From assembly GCA_020632415.1 (NCBI GenBank), contig JACKFO010000002.1, forward strand, positions 514,732 through 578,731: a stretch of DNA of 64,000 nucleotides, in the 5' to 3' direction. The position numbers and the translations under genes are program-made. The stretch's first letter is position 1. Each line of letters opens with the position of its first letter. Below are positions 47,735-57,195 of this stretch, piece after piece. The DNA is from Candidatus Nomurabacteria bacterium. Lineage in GTDB: Bacteria > Patescibacteriota > Patescibacteriia > UBA1558 > GWA2-36-10. Under the pieces are notes generated by a model that was not told the origin of the DNA, did not search any database, and saw nothing but the letters and a program-made list of their open reading frames with translations.

Positions 47735-50700
47735 GTGGATGTTTCCTCCGCTACGCTTCGGAAACAATTTAATAATTTAAATACAATGAATCAATATTAC
47801 AGAGGCTCAGAGTGGCGCAAGTGGGATCTTCACATTCACACTCCAAAATCAATAATCCAACAATACAGCGGCGATACTGAGGCTGTTTGGGATATATTTA
47901 TTAAAAAACTTGCACAATTGCCACCGGAGTTAAAAGTAATAGCCGTTACTGACTATCTTTTTTGTGATGGGTATGAGTATCTACTTACGCGCAAGGACGA
48001 GATACCAAATATCAAATTGATCATTCCCAACATCGAATTCCGTCTCAATACGTTTAGCGGTACACCAAACAATACAAAGCGACACAATTTCCATGTACTC
48101 TTTGACCCGTCGGTTTTAATTCAAGATATCCGAGATCAACTGCTCAACTGTCTTTCAACCGGCTACAAAATCGAGGACGGCACCGAATGGTTACAAACAC
48201 CCACAGTTCGCTCACTTGAAGAATTAGGACGTCAGATAAAAGCCGCCGCTCCACCCGAGAATACTGTACATACCAAATCCGATCTGAAAGTCGGCTTTGA
48301 AAACATCACCTACAAACGTGAGGACATCGAAATATTACTTAATAAAAATTGTTTTAAGGGTCGTTTCGTAACTGCAGTCGGCTATTCCGAATGGGATCAA
48401 TCCAGATGGGACCAGTCAACCGCAGAAAAGCGTACACTGATAAATACCGCAAACTTTTCACTTACAAGCTTGAATGACCCAGCAAAAATCGAGGAAAACC
48501 GTAGAGATCTTACCGCCAACAAACTAAATAATATTGTGCTTCACTCTTCCGATTCTCATGACATTGATTGCGTGGGAGAGACAATGCTTTGGATAAAAGC
48601 CGATCCTACCTTTGCAGGCTTAAAACAGGTTTTAAATGAGCCAGAAGCACGTGTCTTTATTGGTGCGACACCTCCAAACTACAAACCAGAGCATAAGGTT
48701 ATTTCTCGTATTTCAATTCCATCATCAAACGGATGGTTTGCTGATGATTTCTCTATAGAATTGAATAGAGATCTTGTTACCGTTATTGGCGGACGTGGTT
48801 CTGGTAAGTCTGCCCTAGCAGAAGTAATCGCCTGTGGTGCTGGCAGTGAGGACGAAAGCGACGATGCATTCTTGAAGAAAGCTACAAAGCATCCCAACCC
48901 CATCAAAGGTGCGGAGATTTTTGTGGAGTGGGCTGATGGAAACACTACTAGCTTTAAGGTTGGCGAGCTTCCCGAAGATCAAGGACTCGTACGTTATCTC
49001 CCCCAAGGAGTTGTAGAAGAATTATGCTCTCACAAGAATAGTGAAAAGCTTCAGAAACAAATCGAGAATGTTATCTTCCAAGCTCTTGATGATACGGAAC
49101 GCATGGGGGCGTCTGATTTCGATGAGCTGCAAATACGTATCTTGAGCGGCTTCCAATATGAGAAGGAGCAAATTGTAAAAAAGGTCCGTGACATAAACCG
49201 AAAACTAAGCAGCCTATCAACTGTCCTCTCCGGTTTGCCGGATAAACAAAAAATTCTCGATGACAGCAAGAAAGAGCTAGAACGGTTGATTAAAAGCTTA
49301 CCAGAACTTCCTGCTGAGGACAAAAAAGGTCAGGAGGAACTTGCCGCACTTGCGGAAATAAAGAAGAAATTTGAAACGAAGATTATCGAGCTTCAAAAAC
49401 GTCTCAACAAGATATTTGAAGTAGAATCCAAAGTAAAAGTTTTCAAAACAAAGGTTAAGGAATTCGGAGAAGAAACGAGCGCACTATTGTCGGATCTTGG
49501 TATCACTGACACATCGGCTTTCGATGTAAATGTAGACGATATCAATATTAAGGCCGTGTTGGACGAGAAGAAAAACGAGATTACTAACGATCTCAGGATT
49601 CTCAAGGAAGGTACGAAATTGGATGTCGCTATTGTATTGGGTATGGAAACAAATCTTCCGTTTGATAACCTTCAGACACTTAACCAAGGTATTGAGGACA
49701 AGCAAAAAGAAACGCGCGCATTTGAAACCACAAAACTCAAGTACCAACAGCAAAAGAAAACCGCGCTTGCGCTCGAAAGCTCGATCCAGGCTCTTGAAAA
49801 TGAAATATCCAAAATCAGCACTGAATCTACTCCAGAAAAGGAACGACTGGAAAAAGAGCGCATAAACACGTACTGCTCATATTTCAAGTTACTAGGCGAA
49901 GAAAAAATACAAATGGAAGTATTATATAAACCGCTTCAAAAATCACTCTTAGCCGGAACAGACACCGATAAGAAACTTATGTTTGAGGCACAAATAAACT
50001 ATCGCTTGGAAGCACACAATAAAAATGGCCTCGACATCATTGACCGCACGCGCAAAGGAAATTTCCGCGAGCCTGGAAACCTCAAAACTGCGCTTACTGA
50101 ACTCTGGGATGAAACGGTAAGACATAACTTCGATAAAGATATTCTCGAAACAGAAATTAAAAAAATCATCGAAGCGTTTACGACATGTGATGGGGAAAGC
50201 GTCACAATTGAAAGTCAACTGCGCGATAATTACGGCATTGAGGATTTTTACAATTGGCTATTTGATCCGACCAATTTTGAAATTGTGTCTTCACTTAAAT
50301 TCGACGACACAAATCTCTACGTACTTTCACCTGGACAGAAAGGTATTATTTTACTCATGCTTTTCTTAGAGATCGATAAAGGAGATTATCGACCACTTAT
50401 CATCGACCAACCTGAAGAGAACTTGGATAACCTCTCAGTCTATAAAGACCTCATTAACTACTTCCGAGAACGCAAACAATACCGACAAATCATCATGGTT
50501 ACTCACAACCCGAACCTTGTCGTAAACACTGATGCGGAGCAGATTATCGTTGCCAGCTATAATGGCAAGCACATACCTCGTTTGACGTACAGCTCAGGAT
50601 CACTTGAGGATCAGGCAAAACAGATTCCAAATACATCGACTATGGAACTTGAAGATGGGATTATTGAGCAAGTTTGTAACATTCTTGAAGGAGGCGAACG

Positions 50701-50764
50701 TGCATTTGAAAAACGGAAGAAAAAATATCAAATATCTCAAAAAATGAAAAATCAAGAGTCATAA
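47735..50764 (+). CDS. PHP-domain phosphoesterase fused to an SbcC/Rad50-like coiled-coil ABC ATPase (about 1000 aa); candidate defence/conflict-system protein
   Basis: N-terminal PHP motifs WDLHIHTPKS, IAVTDY, HNFHVLFDP; Walker A VIGGRGSGKSAL; about 300-aa coiled coil; C-terminal signature LSPGQKG, Walker B LIIDQPEENLD, H-loop MVTHNPN. The start is either GTG 47735 (overlapping SD AGGAG) or ATG 47786. Confidence 0.75.
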   Translation: MDVSSATLRKQFNNLNTMNQYYRGSEWRKWDLHIHTPKSIIQQYSGDTEAVWDIFIKKLAQLPPELKVIAVTDYLFCDGYEYLLTRKDEIPNIKLIIPNIEFRLNTFSGTPNNTKRHNFHVLFDPSVLIQDIRDQLLNCLSTGYKIEDGTEWLQTPTVRSLEELGRQIKAAAPPENTVHTKSDLKVGFENITYKREDIEILLNKNCFKGRFVTAVGYSEWDQSRWDQSTAEKRTLINTANFSLTSLNDPAKIEENRRDLTANKLNNIVLHSSDSHDIDCVGETMLWIKADPTFAGLKQVLNEPEARVFIGATPPNYKPEHKVISRISIPSSNGWFADDFSIELNRDLVTVIGGRGSGKSALAEVIACGAGSEDESDDAFLKKATKHPNPIKGAEIFVEWADGNTTSFKVGELPEDQGLVRYLPQGVVEELCSHKNSEKLQKQIENVIFQALDDTERMGASDFDELQIRILSGFQYEKEQIVKKVRDINRKLSSLSTVLSGLPDKQKILDDSKKELERLIKSLPELPAEDKKGQEELAALAEIKKKFETKIIELQKRLNKIFEVESKVKVFKTKVKEFGEETSALLSDLGITDTSAFDVNVDDINIKAVLDEKKNEITNDLRILKEGTKLDVAIVLGMETNLPFDNLQTLNQGIEDKQKETRAFETTKLKYQQQKKTALALESSIQALENEISKISTESTPEKERLEKERINTYCSYFKLLGEEKIQMEVLYKPLQKSLLAGTDTDKKLMFEAQINYRLEAHNKNGLDIIDRTRKGNFREPGNLKTALTELWDETVRHNFDKDILETEIKKIIEAFTTCDGESVTIESQLRDNYGIEDFYNWLFDPTNFEIVSSLKFDDTNLYVLSPGQKGIILLMLFLEIDKGDYRPLIIDQPEENLDNLSVYKDLINYFRERKQYRQIIMVTHNPNLVVNTDAEQIIVASYNGKHIPRLTYSSGSLEDQAKQIPNTSTMELEDGIIEQVCNILEGGERAFEKRKKKYQISQKMKNQES

Positions 50765-50860
50765 ATTTTGGGCTCGGGCATTCACCCCTTTATCCCCTCT
50801 GCCCTTCGCCCAAAAATGAAAAAAAGAAATTCACTAAGAATAAATACTAAGAATTTAAGA

Positions 50861-50891
50861 AAAGGAATACATCAGCCAACAGCGGATGTCC
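50861..50891 (+). repeat. attC-like short element (left arm only): CAGCCAACAGCGGATGTCCGATAAGCAAG
   Basis: Its reverse complement is found split at both ends of the long element at 51264-51374. Confidence 0.55.
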
Positions 50892-50921
50892 GATAAGCAA
50901 GTTTAATTTTAATTAAAATAT

Positions 50922-51272
50922 ATGCAAGAAAAAACAAAAAAACATCTAGTGAGTTATTTAATAATCTACTTAATAGTATCTGGATTATTATTAGTATTAT
51001 TACGGGACATGTACTCTGCTTTGGTTAGTGGATTATCATTAGTATTATTATTCATAATACTACCTCACAGAATATATCTGCTATTTAAAAATCCAAAAGC
51101 AGAGAATAATATATCAGGAAAAAACATAGCCTTGATACTATTTGCATCTATACTATGTATAGCTGGTTTTTTCATGTACTTGCTAAATGAAAATCTATAT
51201 TGGCCAGGCAAAATATTATTCGTTATAGGATTAACATACATTGTAAGTGCTGTAAGAAATACTAAAAATTAA
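50922..51272 (+). CDS. Cassette ORF: small membrane protein (3 TM helices)
   Basis: 116 aa hydrophobic ORF bounded by attC-like elements. Confidence 0.4.
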   Translation: MQEKTKKHLVSYLIIYLIVSGLLLVLLRDMYSALVSGLSLVLLFIILPHRIYLLFKNPKAENNISGKNIALILFASILCIAGFFMYLLNENLYWPGKILFVIGLTYIVSAVRNTKN

Positions 51273-51374
51273 ACTTGCTTATCCAAATTCCACTTTCGCT
51301 TTTGCGGTTTGCTCCGCAAAATTATACCGCAACGCTCAAGTGAAACTTCGGACATCCGCGTAATGTTAGCTGAA
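51264..51374 (+). repeat. attC-like long element ending in CGGACATCCGCGTAATGTTAGCTGAAAT
   Basis: Equals the reverse complement of the 50861-50891 element with a 75-bp internal insertion. Confidence 0.55.
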
Positions 51375-51448
51375 ATAAATTTTTCCTTTTTACAATAAAA
51401 CAAACCAAAATAACAAAAATACTTATTTGATTTTTTTATCAATATTAT

Positions 51449-51925
51449 ATGGACTTCTCTCAAGTAGACAATCAGACTAAAACCGAATTTAGAGCAACGA
51501 GAATTTTTATTCGTAGTCAAAATTTAGACGATACCGAAAAAAATTTTAAAAAAGAAATCGATGATCTAAGTATAGATATAATATATATTCCAAAATCTTT
51601 AAAATTTCAAATTGTTTCAGTTGATGGCGGGCCAGATAAATTAATGTCCAAAGGAGAATATGAGTGGTCATTTTTATTAACAGATTTTTTTAGAATATAC
51701 ATTAAAGAACCAATACTAAAAAAGACTAAAAAATACGCCGGTCAACCAGGTCAAGACACAATACTTATAATTCACGCATTAAATATGCCTGCAACGGAAG
51801 AAATAATTACAAAAACAATTGAAGATAATAAAAATCATATTAATAAATTAGGTAATGATAGTGGATTTAATAAAATTTTTTTAATTTTTGATTCTAAAGA
51901 AAAAGTTTTTGATTTATTCAAATAA
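51449..51925 (+). CDS. Cassette ORF: hypothetical protein (158 aa)
   Basis: ORF between attC-like elements; no motif recognised. Confidence 0.4.
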   Translation: MDFSQVDNQTKTEFRATRIFIRSQNLDDTEKNFKKEIDDLSIDIIYIPKSLKFQIVSVDGGPDKLMSKGEYEWSFLLTDFFRIYIKEPILKKTKKYAGQPGQDTILIIHALNMPATEEIITKTIEDNKNHINKLGNDSGFNKIFLIFDSKEKVFDLFK

Positions 51926-51983
51926 AAAAATCAAATCATACTATTAAATAATAAAAACATTTAAAAATCTAAGAAAAAATTTA

Positions 51984-52006
51984 CATCACCCAACAGCGGA
52001 TGTGAG
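51984..52006 (+). repeat. attC-like short element CATCACCCAACAGCGGATGTGAG
   Basis: Consensus short form, repeated at least 8 times in the array. Confidence 0.55.
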
Positions 52007-52038
52007 GCTCCGCCTTTAAGAATAATATAAAATTAATT

Positions 52039-52608
52039 ATGGACTTATACCAAAAAACAGAACAATTTGTCATAGATTCCTTTACTAAAGCTGGAGATGA
52101 ACGTGGAATTAAACATTTCTTAAGAACTGTTTATTGGTTAGAGCAATTAAAGCCAAATGCTGATGAAGCATTAAAAATTGCTGCAGTTGCTCATGACATT
52201 GAAAGAGCTTTTAGAAAACAAGATTATGCTAATGTCTTTAATTCTGAAAAAGGTTTTGCTAGTGATGAACATTTGAGTTATCATCAAACTGAAGGAGCAA
52301 AAATAATCTCTGAGTTTTTGAAAAAAGAAGGTGCGGATAAAAAAATTGTAGAGCGTGTTAAAATGTTAGTAGAAAAACACGAGATTGGTGGCAATGAAGA
52401 TCAAAATCTAGTAAAAGATGCTGATAGTGTAAGCTTTTTTGAAAATAACGCTAATCACTTTATAGAAGTGAAAGTTAAACAGACAAGCAAAGAGAAAGTA
52501 AAAGATAAATTTGATTGGATGTTTAATAGAATTACTTCTGACAAAGCTAAAGAGCTAGCAAAACCTTGGTATGAAGAAGGATTGCATAAATTGTCCTTAC
52601 TGGATTAA
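52039..52608 (+). CDS. Cassette ORF: HD-domain phosphohydrolase
   Basis: H ... AHDIER ... D metal-binding pattern. Confidence 0.55.
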   Translation: MDLYQKTEQFVIDSFTKAGDERGIKHFLRTVYWLEQLKPNADEALKIAAVAHDIERAFRKQDYANVFNSEKGFASDEHLSYHQTEGAKIISEFLKKEGADKKIVERVKMLVEKHEIGGNEDQNLVKDADSVSFFENNANHFIEVKVKQTSKEKVKDKFDWMFNRITSDKAKELAKPWYEEGLHKLSLLD

Positions 52609-52629
52609 TTTTATATTATTCTTAAGCTT

Positions 52630-52725
52630 CGCCCAAATCACTCGTTCGTTTACGTGATGCGCTTCGCGCTATTATATCACGACACTCACTCGTGACTTCT
52701 CACATCCGCGATATGTTAGGTGAAA
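52630..52725 (+). repeat. attC-like long element (TCACCCAAATCACTCG ... CTCACATCCGCGATATGTTAGGTGAAA)
   Basis: Consensus long form; near-identical copies at 53913, 57196, 60218 and 62541. Confidence 0.6.
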
Positions 52726-52769
52726 CCGAGAATTTATAAAATAAATATTTCTATTACAAAAAAAATAAA

Positions 52770-53315
52770 ATGCGATACGTTATTGTCTGTAATTTAAATG
52801 GTGATGTTGTCAAATATCACAAACAATTAGTTAATGAAATAGCTAAAAATTTTAATATTGCTAAGCCAAAAAAACAAAATCTACAACCACATTTTACACT
52901 TAAGTATGGATTTGAAACTAATAATATAAAAACAATTGAAAAGGCAATAAAAGATTTCTGCGCTAGAAACCATAAAGCTTCTGTTAAAATTAATGGTTTT
53001 GGCAAATTTAGAAAAGATGTAATATTTTGTAAAGTTATTCTTTCAAAAAAAGCTTACGCTATATTCACTGAACTTTTAAATGACTTGAAAAAAATCCCCA
53101 AATTAACATGGAATAAGAATGATGGAAAAAGGCTAAAATTCCATGCTACCATAGCTGCAGATTGTGAAGACAAATATACTGAAATTCAAAAATATTTAAA
53201 AGGAAAAGAAAAAAACTTTACTACCTATTTTGACAACATCACCATACTACAACAACAAAGAATAGTTGATGGAATAAGTATTTGGAAAACATTTAAAAAA
53301 TTTCAAATTAAATAG
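52770..53315 (+). CDS. Cassette ORF: 2H-phosphoesterase (LigT-like) family protein
   Basis: Two HxT/Sx motifs: PHFTLKY and FHATIAA. Confidence 0.55.
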   Translation: MRYVIVCNLNGDVVKYHKQLVNEIAKNFNIAKPKKQNLQPHFTLKYGFETNNIKTIEKAIKDFCARNHKASVKINGFGKFRKDVIFCKVILSKKAYAIFTELLNDLKKIPKLTWNKNDGKRLKFHATIAADCEDKYTEIQKYLKGKEKNFTTYFDNITILQQQRIVDGISIWKTFKKFQIK

Positions 53316-53326
53316 CAAATTCTCGA

Positions 53327-53373
53327 CATCACCCAACAGCGGATGTGAAGTTCGTAAAATAAAGAAAATCACC
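53327..53373 (+). repeat. attC-like short element with extended arm
   Basis: CATCACCCAACAGCGGATGTGAAGTTCGTAAAATAAAGAAAATCACC is the reverse complement of the flank and end of the 53894-54009 element. Confidence 0.55.
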
Positions 53374-53375
53374 TT

Positions 53376-53897
53376 ATGAAATATACTATTCCAACAAAAC
53401 AATGGTTGAATCCTAAAGTGGAAATAAAAAACTCCTCTATTGCAAGTAGAGGAATATTTGCTAAAGAGTTAATTAAAAAAGATGAGGTAGTTGTTATTTG
53501 GGGTGGAGATAATTATACAGATTATCAAGGGATGCTCAAAGCTAAAAAAGAAGGTAAATTGGTAATGCATTGGGATGATGATCTATATAGTTTTGAGAAT
53601 AGACAAAGTGATGACACTTATTTTATAAACCATTCTTGTAATTCTAATCTTTGGTTAAAAGATCAATTTACTTTAATTGCTAAAAGAGATATAAATATTG
53701 GAGAGGAAATAACCATTGATTATGCTTTATTTGAAGGAGATGAAGATTATATAGCTCAATGGGAATGTAATTGTAAAGAAGTGGATTGTAGAAAAAAGAT
53801 TACTGGAAATGATTGGAAAATAAAAGCTGTACAAGAAAGATATAAAGATCATTTCTTGCCTTATATTAATAGAAAGATTAATAATTTAAACAAGTGA
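53376..53897 (+). CDS. Cassette ORF: SET-domain protein (putative protein-lysine methyltransferase)
   Basis: NHSCNSNLW and EEITIDY SET motifs plus a Cys-rich post-SET region CNCKEVDCRKK. Confidence 0.6.
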   Translation: MKYTIPTKQWLNPKVEIKNSSIASRGIFAKELIKKDEVVVIWGGDNYTDYQGMLKAKKEGKLVMHWDDDLYSFENRQSDDTYFINHSCNSNLWLKDQFTLIAKRDINIGEEITIDYALFEGDEDYIAQWECNCKEVDCRKKITGNDWKIKAVQERYKDHFLPYINRKINNLNK

Positions 53898-54009
53898 TTT
53901 TCTTTATTTCACTCACCCAAATCACTCGTTCGTTTACGTGATGCGCTTCGCGCTATTATATCACGACACTCACTCGTGACTTCTCACATCCGCGATATGT
54001 TAGGTGAAA
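53894..54009 (+). repeat. attC-like long element
   Basis: Identical to 52630-52725 from CCCAAAT onward. Confidence 0.6.
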
Positions 54010-54053
54010 CCGAGAATTTATAAAATAAATATTTCTATTACAAAAAAAATAAA

Positions 54054-54599
54054 ATGCGATACGTTATTGTCTGTAATTTAAATGGTGATGTTGTCAAATA
54101 TCACAAACAATTAGTTAATGAAATAGCTAAAAATTTTAATATTGCTAAGCCAAAAAAACAAAATCTACAACCACATTTTACACTTAAGTATGGATTTGAA
54201 ACTAATAATATAAAAACAATTGAAAAGGCAATAAAAGATTTCTGCGCTAGAAACCATAAAGCTTCTGTTAAAATTAATGGTTTTGGCAAATTTAGAAAAG
54301 ATGTAATATTTTGTAAAGTTATTCTTTCAAAAAAAGCTTACGCTATATTCACTGAACTTTTAAATGACTTGAAAAAAATCCCCAAATTAACATGGAATAA
54401 GAATGATGGAAAAAGGCTAAAATTCCATGCTACCATAGCTGCAGATTGTGAAGACAAATATACTGAAATTCAAAAATATTTAAAAGGAAAAGAAAAAAAC
54501 TTTACTACCTATTTTGACAACATCACCATACTACAACAACAAAGAATAGTTGATGGAATAAGTATTTGGAAAACATTTAAAAAATTTCAAATTAAATAG
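54054..54599 (+). CDS. Cassette ORF: 2H-phosphoesterase, exact duplicate of 52770-53315
   Basis: 181/181 aa identical, with identical upstream element and downstream left arm. Confidence 0.55.
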   Translation: MRYVIVCNLNGDVVKYHKQLVNEIAKNFNIAKPKKQNLQPHFTLKYGFETNNIKTIEKAIKDFCARNHKASVKINGFGKFRKDVIFCKVILSKKAYAIFTELLNDLKKIPKLTWNKNDGKRLKFHATIAADCEDKYTEIQKYLKGKEKNFTTYFDNITILQQQRIVDGISIWKTFKKFQIK

Positions 54600-54610
54600 C
54601 AAATTCTCGA

Positions 54611-54633
54611 CATCACCCAACAGCGGATGTGAG
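54611..54633 (+). repeat. attC-like short element
   Basis: CATCACCCAACAGCGGATGTGAG. Confidence 0.55.
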
Positions 54634-54704
54634 AAAAAAAGAGAAATAAAAAATTTGAAAAATAAAACCCTCTCGCCACAACAAGTGCAACGAGAGGGAA
54701 AATG

Positions 54705-55007
54705 TCAGTCTTCGATTTCCAGGTTTCCTCTACGGCAACTCAAATCATAATACCCGGAAAATTTAATCCGACAATCACGATCTTCATCCCCGGTGAAATA
54801 TGCGTCTTGAGATGCAAGAGTAATCAAAAACTGAGCACGTTTCTTGTCCATGGACTCAGCCGAGATTACGAAAAATTCGCAAGAACGAACAACGGTTTCT
54901 GAAGTGGTTCTCACGGTAAATCTGACCGTCTTACCCTCTTCAAAGAGAGCTAAGGCGAAATCCCATTTTCCGGGCCCATTAGTGATGACAAACTGCTTGG
55001 AAGACAT
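54705..55007 (-). CDS. Cassette ORF (inverted): hypothetical 100-aa protein, GC-rich
   Basis: ORF with its own terminator hairpin (CCCTCTCG/CGAGAGGG plus T-tract at 54664-54697). Confidence 0.4.
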   Translation of the reverse strand: MSSKQFVITNGPGKWDFALALFEEGKTVRFTVRTTSETVVRSCEFFVISAESMDKKRAQFLITLASQDAYFTGDEDRDCRIKFSGYYDLSCRRGNLEIED

Positions 55008-55159
55008 AACGACTTCCTCCTTTTGAAATGAACTGTGAATTTTAAGGCTTCACTTTGAACCTGTTCATCTTACGATGCACCAAGCTTAACAAAGCCTGGA
55101 ATTACTGAGAATTTAACATAATACTACGTAATTAACTTTTAGTCAAGTCACTAAGTTAA

Positions 55160-55262
55160 TTTTTTATTTCTCTTTTTCTCCAAATTGCCACCTCGTTACG
55201 GTAGTTGTATAATTATACTACCTTCACTCGGCGTCAACTTCTCACATCCGCGATATGTTAGA
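55160..55262 (+). repeat. attC-like long element variant carrying a consensus sigma70 promoter
   Basis: TTGCCA (55185-55190), 17 bp, TATAAT (55208-55213); ends CTCACATCCGCGATATGTTAGACG; about 95% identical to 63440-63545. Confidence 0.55.
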
Positions 55263-55398
55263 CGCCATCGTATTTTTCTCTTATAATCTTTTATTAAATT
55301 AAGAGATTATTTTTTATTTTTAAAGTAAAAGAAAAAGGACCACCCGGTAAGGGGCAACCCTTGATGTGAAGTGGAAGATGGAGCTTCCAAAATCTCAA

Positions 55399-55800
55399 CT
55401 ATCTGGACAGGACAGCTGCTCCAATAGCACGAGCTGCTTCCTGAGCATCTTTCTCTGTCCATCCAGACTGTTTCAAATCAGCATTGATCCGTTGCACATT
55501 GACTCTATCTGGGTGTGTAGCACACTCCTTGCAAATCATAACTCCCCTAGAAACTGAGACGTGCCCAGAAAAGACTGTGACGTCACAGTCTTGCGTTCTC
55601 AAACTCTGACGAATGGCAGTATCCTGGCCGAAGTACACAGTGGCACTCTCCTTCCAATTCCACCTGTCTCCGCAGTTAGGGCAGCCGCCGAAATGATGAA
55701 GATGACCGATGAAATTCTTCCAGACACTCGTCTTGGGGACGAAGTAACATCCGGAGAATACAAGAGCCAAGGTAATGAAAAGTGCGGTGTAGCTAAACAT
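55399..55800 (-). CDS. Cassette ORF (inverted): membrane-anchored Cys-rich protein, GC-rich
   Basis: Start chosen at MFSYTALFITLALVF with a GGAGAC SD; N-terminal TM helix; CPNCGDRW, CKEC. Confidence 0.4.
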   Translation of the reverse strand: MFSYTALFITLALVFSGCYFVPKTSVWKNFIGHLHHFGGCPNCGDRWNWKESATVYFGQDTAIRQSLRTQDCDVTVFSGHVSVSRGVMICKECATHPDRVNVQRINADLKQSGWTEKDAQEAARAIGAAVLSR

Positions 55801-55920
55801 GGTTGTCTCCAAAATCTGATTGTCGTTTAGGTCTGATTTAATATATAAATATAGCATATATTTCAAATTATGTCAAGTACCTAAAAATACTCCTGTAAAT
55901 AGAGAAAAATGCGACAAGCG

Positions 55921-56070
55921 TCCAACACCCGGTATGCAGTTTCCTCGCCTCCGCTAAAGCTACGGCGAAGTTCACCCAAATCGTGTCTTCCCTTATGCGG
56001 TTAGCTTCGCTATAATTATACCGCAGTCGGAAAGACACGACTTCGCATACCGTGGACAGTTAGGTGAAAT
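55921..56070 (+). repeat. attC-like full element without internal ORF
   Basis: Arms CAACACCCGGTATGCAG / TCGCATACCGTGGACAGTTAGGTG; nested CGTGTCTTCC/GGAAGACACG stem; internal TATAAT. Confidence 0.55.
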
Positions 56071-56113
56071 TATACAGATTTTTTCTTGTTTTTTAGACAC
56101 TAATAATATAAAT

Positions 56114-56788
56114 ATGGGACAACAATTCAAAGAGCATGTCCAACGCTCAAAAAATATTTGGATAATATTTATTTCTGTTTTGGGAATCGCCTTAATTGTT
56201 GGTGGAGGTATGTACTTATTACAACAGAATAAAATTATCAGTGTTCAAAAAGATTTACGGGTTTTAACATCTAATCTACAAAATCAAATCACCCAAAGTC
56301 AAACAGAAAATGAAATTTTAAAACAAAATGCCGCTAATCTTCAATCTGAATTGAATGCATTGAAAAATATATCAGAAAACAAAACTGATAATAATTCTTC
56401 AATATATTGTACTAGTGAACCAACGCCGACTGTAATCGGTCGGGATATTTATCCGATTAACGCTGATAAGTATGGCAATATAGGTTTTCTAGGAGAACTT
56501 TTTACAGCTGATGATTGTGGGTCAGATAGAGTTTCCATGATTTTCGGTGTAACTGGTAATAACTATACTCTCTGGCCAGATATTGGACTCAAAAATTATC
56601 CTTCAAAAGAATTATTATCAGTTTTACAATTAATTGGTTTTGAAACTGGCAGTACCTGTGGCGGTTCCTCAGACCTAGATACTTGCACTCATTGGTCGCT
56701 TAAAAAAACTATTCCCTTGAACGAAATTATAAAACTAAAACCATACGCTAAAGAAATAAAAAGTAGCGGCTGTATTAATTGTGGATAG
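56114..56788 (+). CDS. Cassette ORF: membrane-anchored coiled-coil protein with Cys-containing C-terminal domain
   Basis: TM helix at aa 15-35, then a Q/N-rich coiled coil. Confidence 0.45.
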   Translation: MGQQFKEHVQRSKNIWIIFISVLGIALIVGGGMYLLQQNKIISVQKDLRVLTSNLQNQITQSQTENEILKQNAANLQSELNALKNISENKTDNNSSIYCTSEPTPTVIGRDIYPINADKYGNIGFLGELFTADDCGSDRVSMIFGVTGNNYTLWPDIGLKNYPSKELLSVLQLIGFETGSTCGGSSDLDTCTHWSLKKTIPLNEIIKLKPYAKEIKSSGCINCG

Positions 56789-56803
56789 AAAAAATCTGCA
56801 TAA

Positions 56804-56826
56804 CATCACCCAACAGCGAATGTGAG
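56804..56826 (+). repeat. attC-like short element
   Basis: CATCACCCAACAGCGAATGTGAG. Confidence 0.5.
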
Positions 56827-56862
56827 GTTACGAGAAAATAACTAATAATCTTTATACTATAT

Positions 56863-57183
56863 ATGAATCTAGAAGAATTATTACAATTTATTAACAACGA
56901 AGATCAAAGATTGATCCAATTTAAGAATGGTAATAATGAAAAAGAAAGGATACTTTCAAGAACAGTAAAAATGACAGAAGAGTTAGGAGAATTATGTAAT
57001 GAAGTATTATCTTTTATTGGTGATCAAAGAAAAGAAAAACTAGAAAGAACAGATAAAGATAACTTACCAAATGAATTTGCTGACGTAATTATCACTACTC
57101 TACTTCTTGCTAAAACTATGAATGTAGATATAGTAAAAGCTTTAGAAGATAAAATTGAGAAAATAAAGAAGAGAAATTATTAG
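56863..57183 (+). CDS. Cassette ORF: MazG-like nucleoside triphosphate pyrophosphohydrolase
   Basis: EELGELCNEVL (EExGE motif), small all-alpha protein. Confidence 0.5.
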   Translation: MNLEELLQFINNEDQRLIQFKNGNNEKERILSRTVKMTEELGELCNEVLSFIGDQRKEKLERTDKDNLPNEFADVIITTLLLAKTMNVDIVKALEDKIEKIKKRNY

Positions 57184-57195
57184 TTATTTTCTCTT

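Noticed and set aside
48679-50369. Short ORFs on both strands inside the PHP-ATPase gene
   Set aside because: The 1009-aa frame has coherent PHP and ABC ATPase motifs along its whole length.
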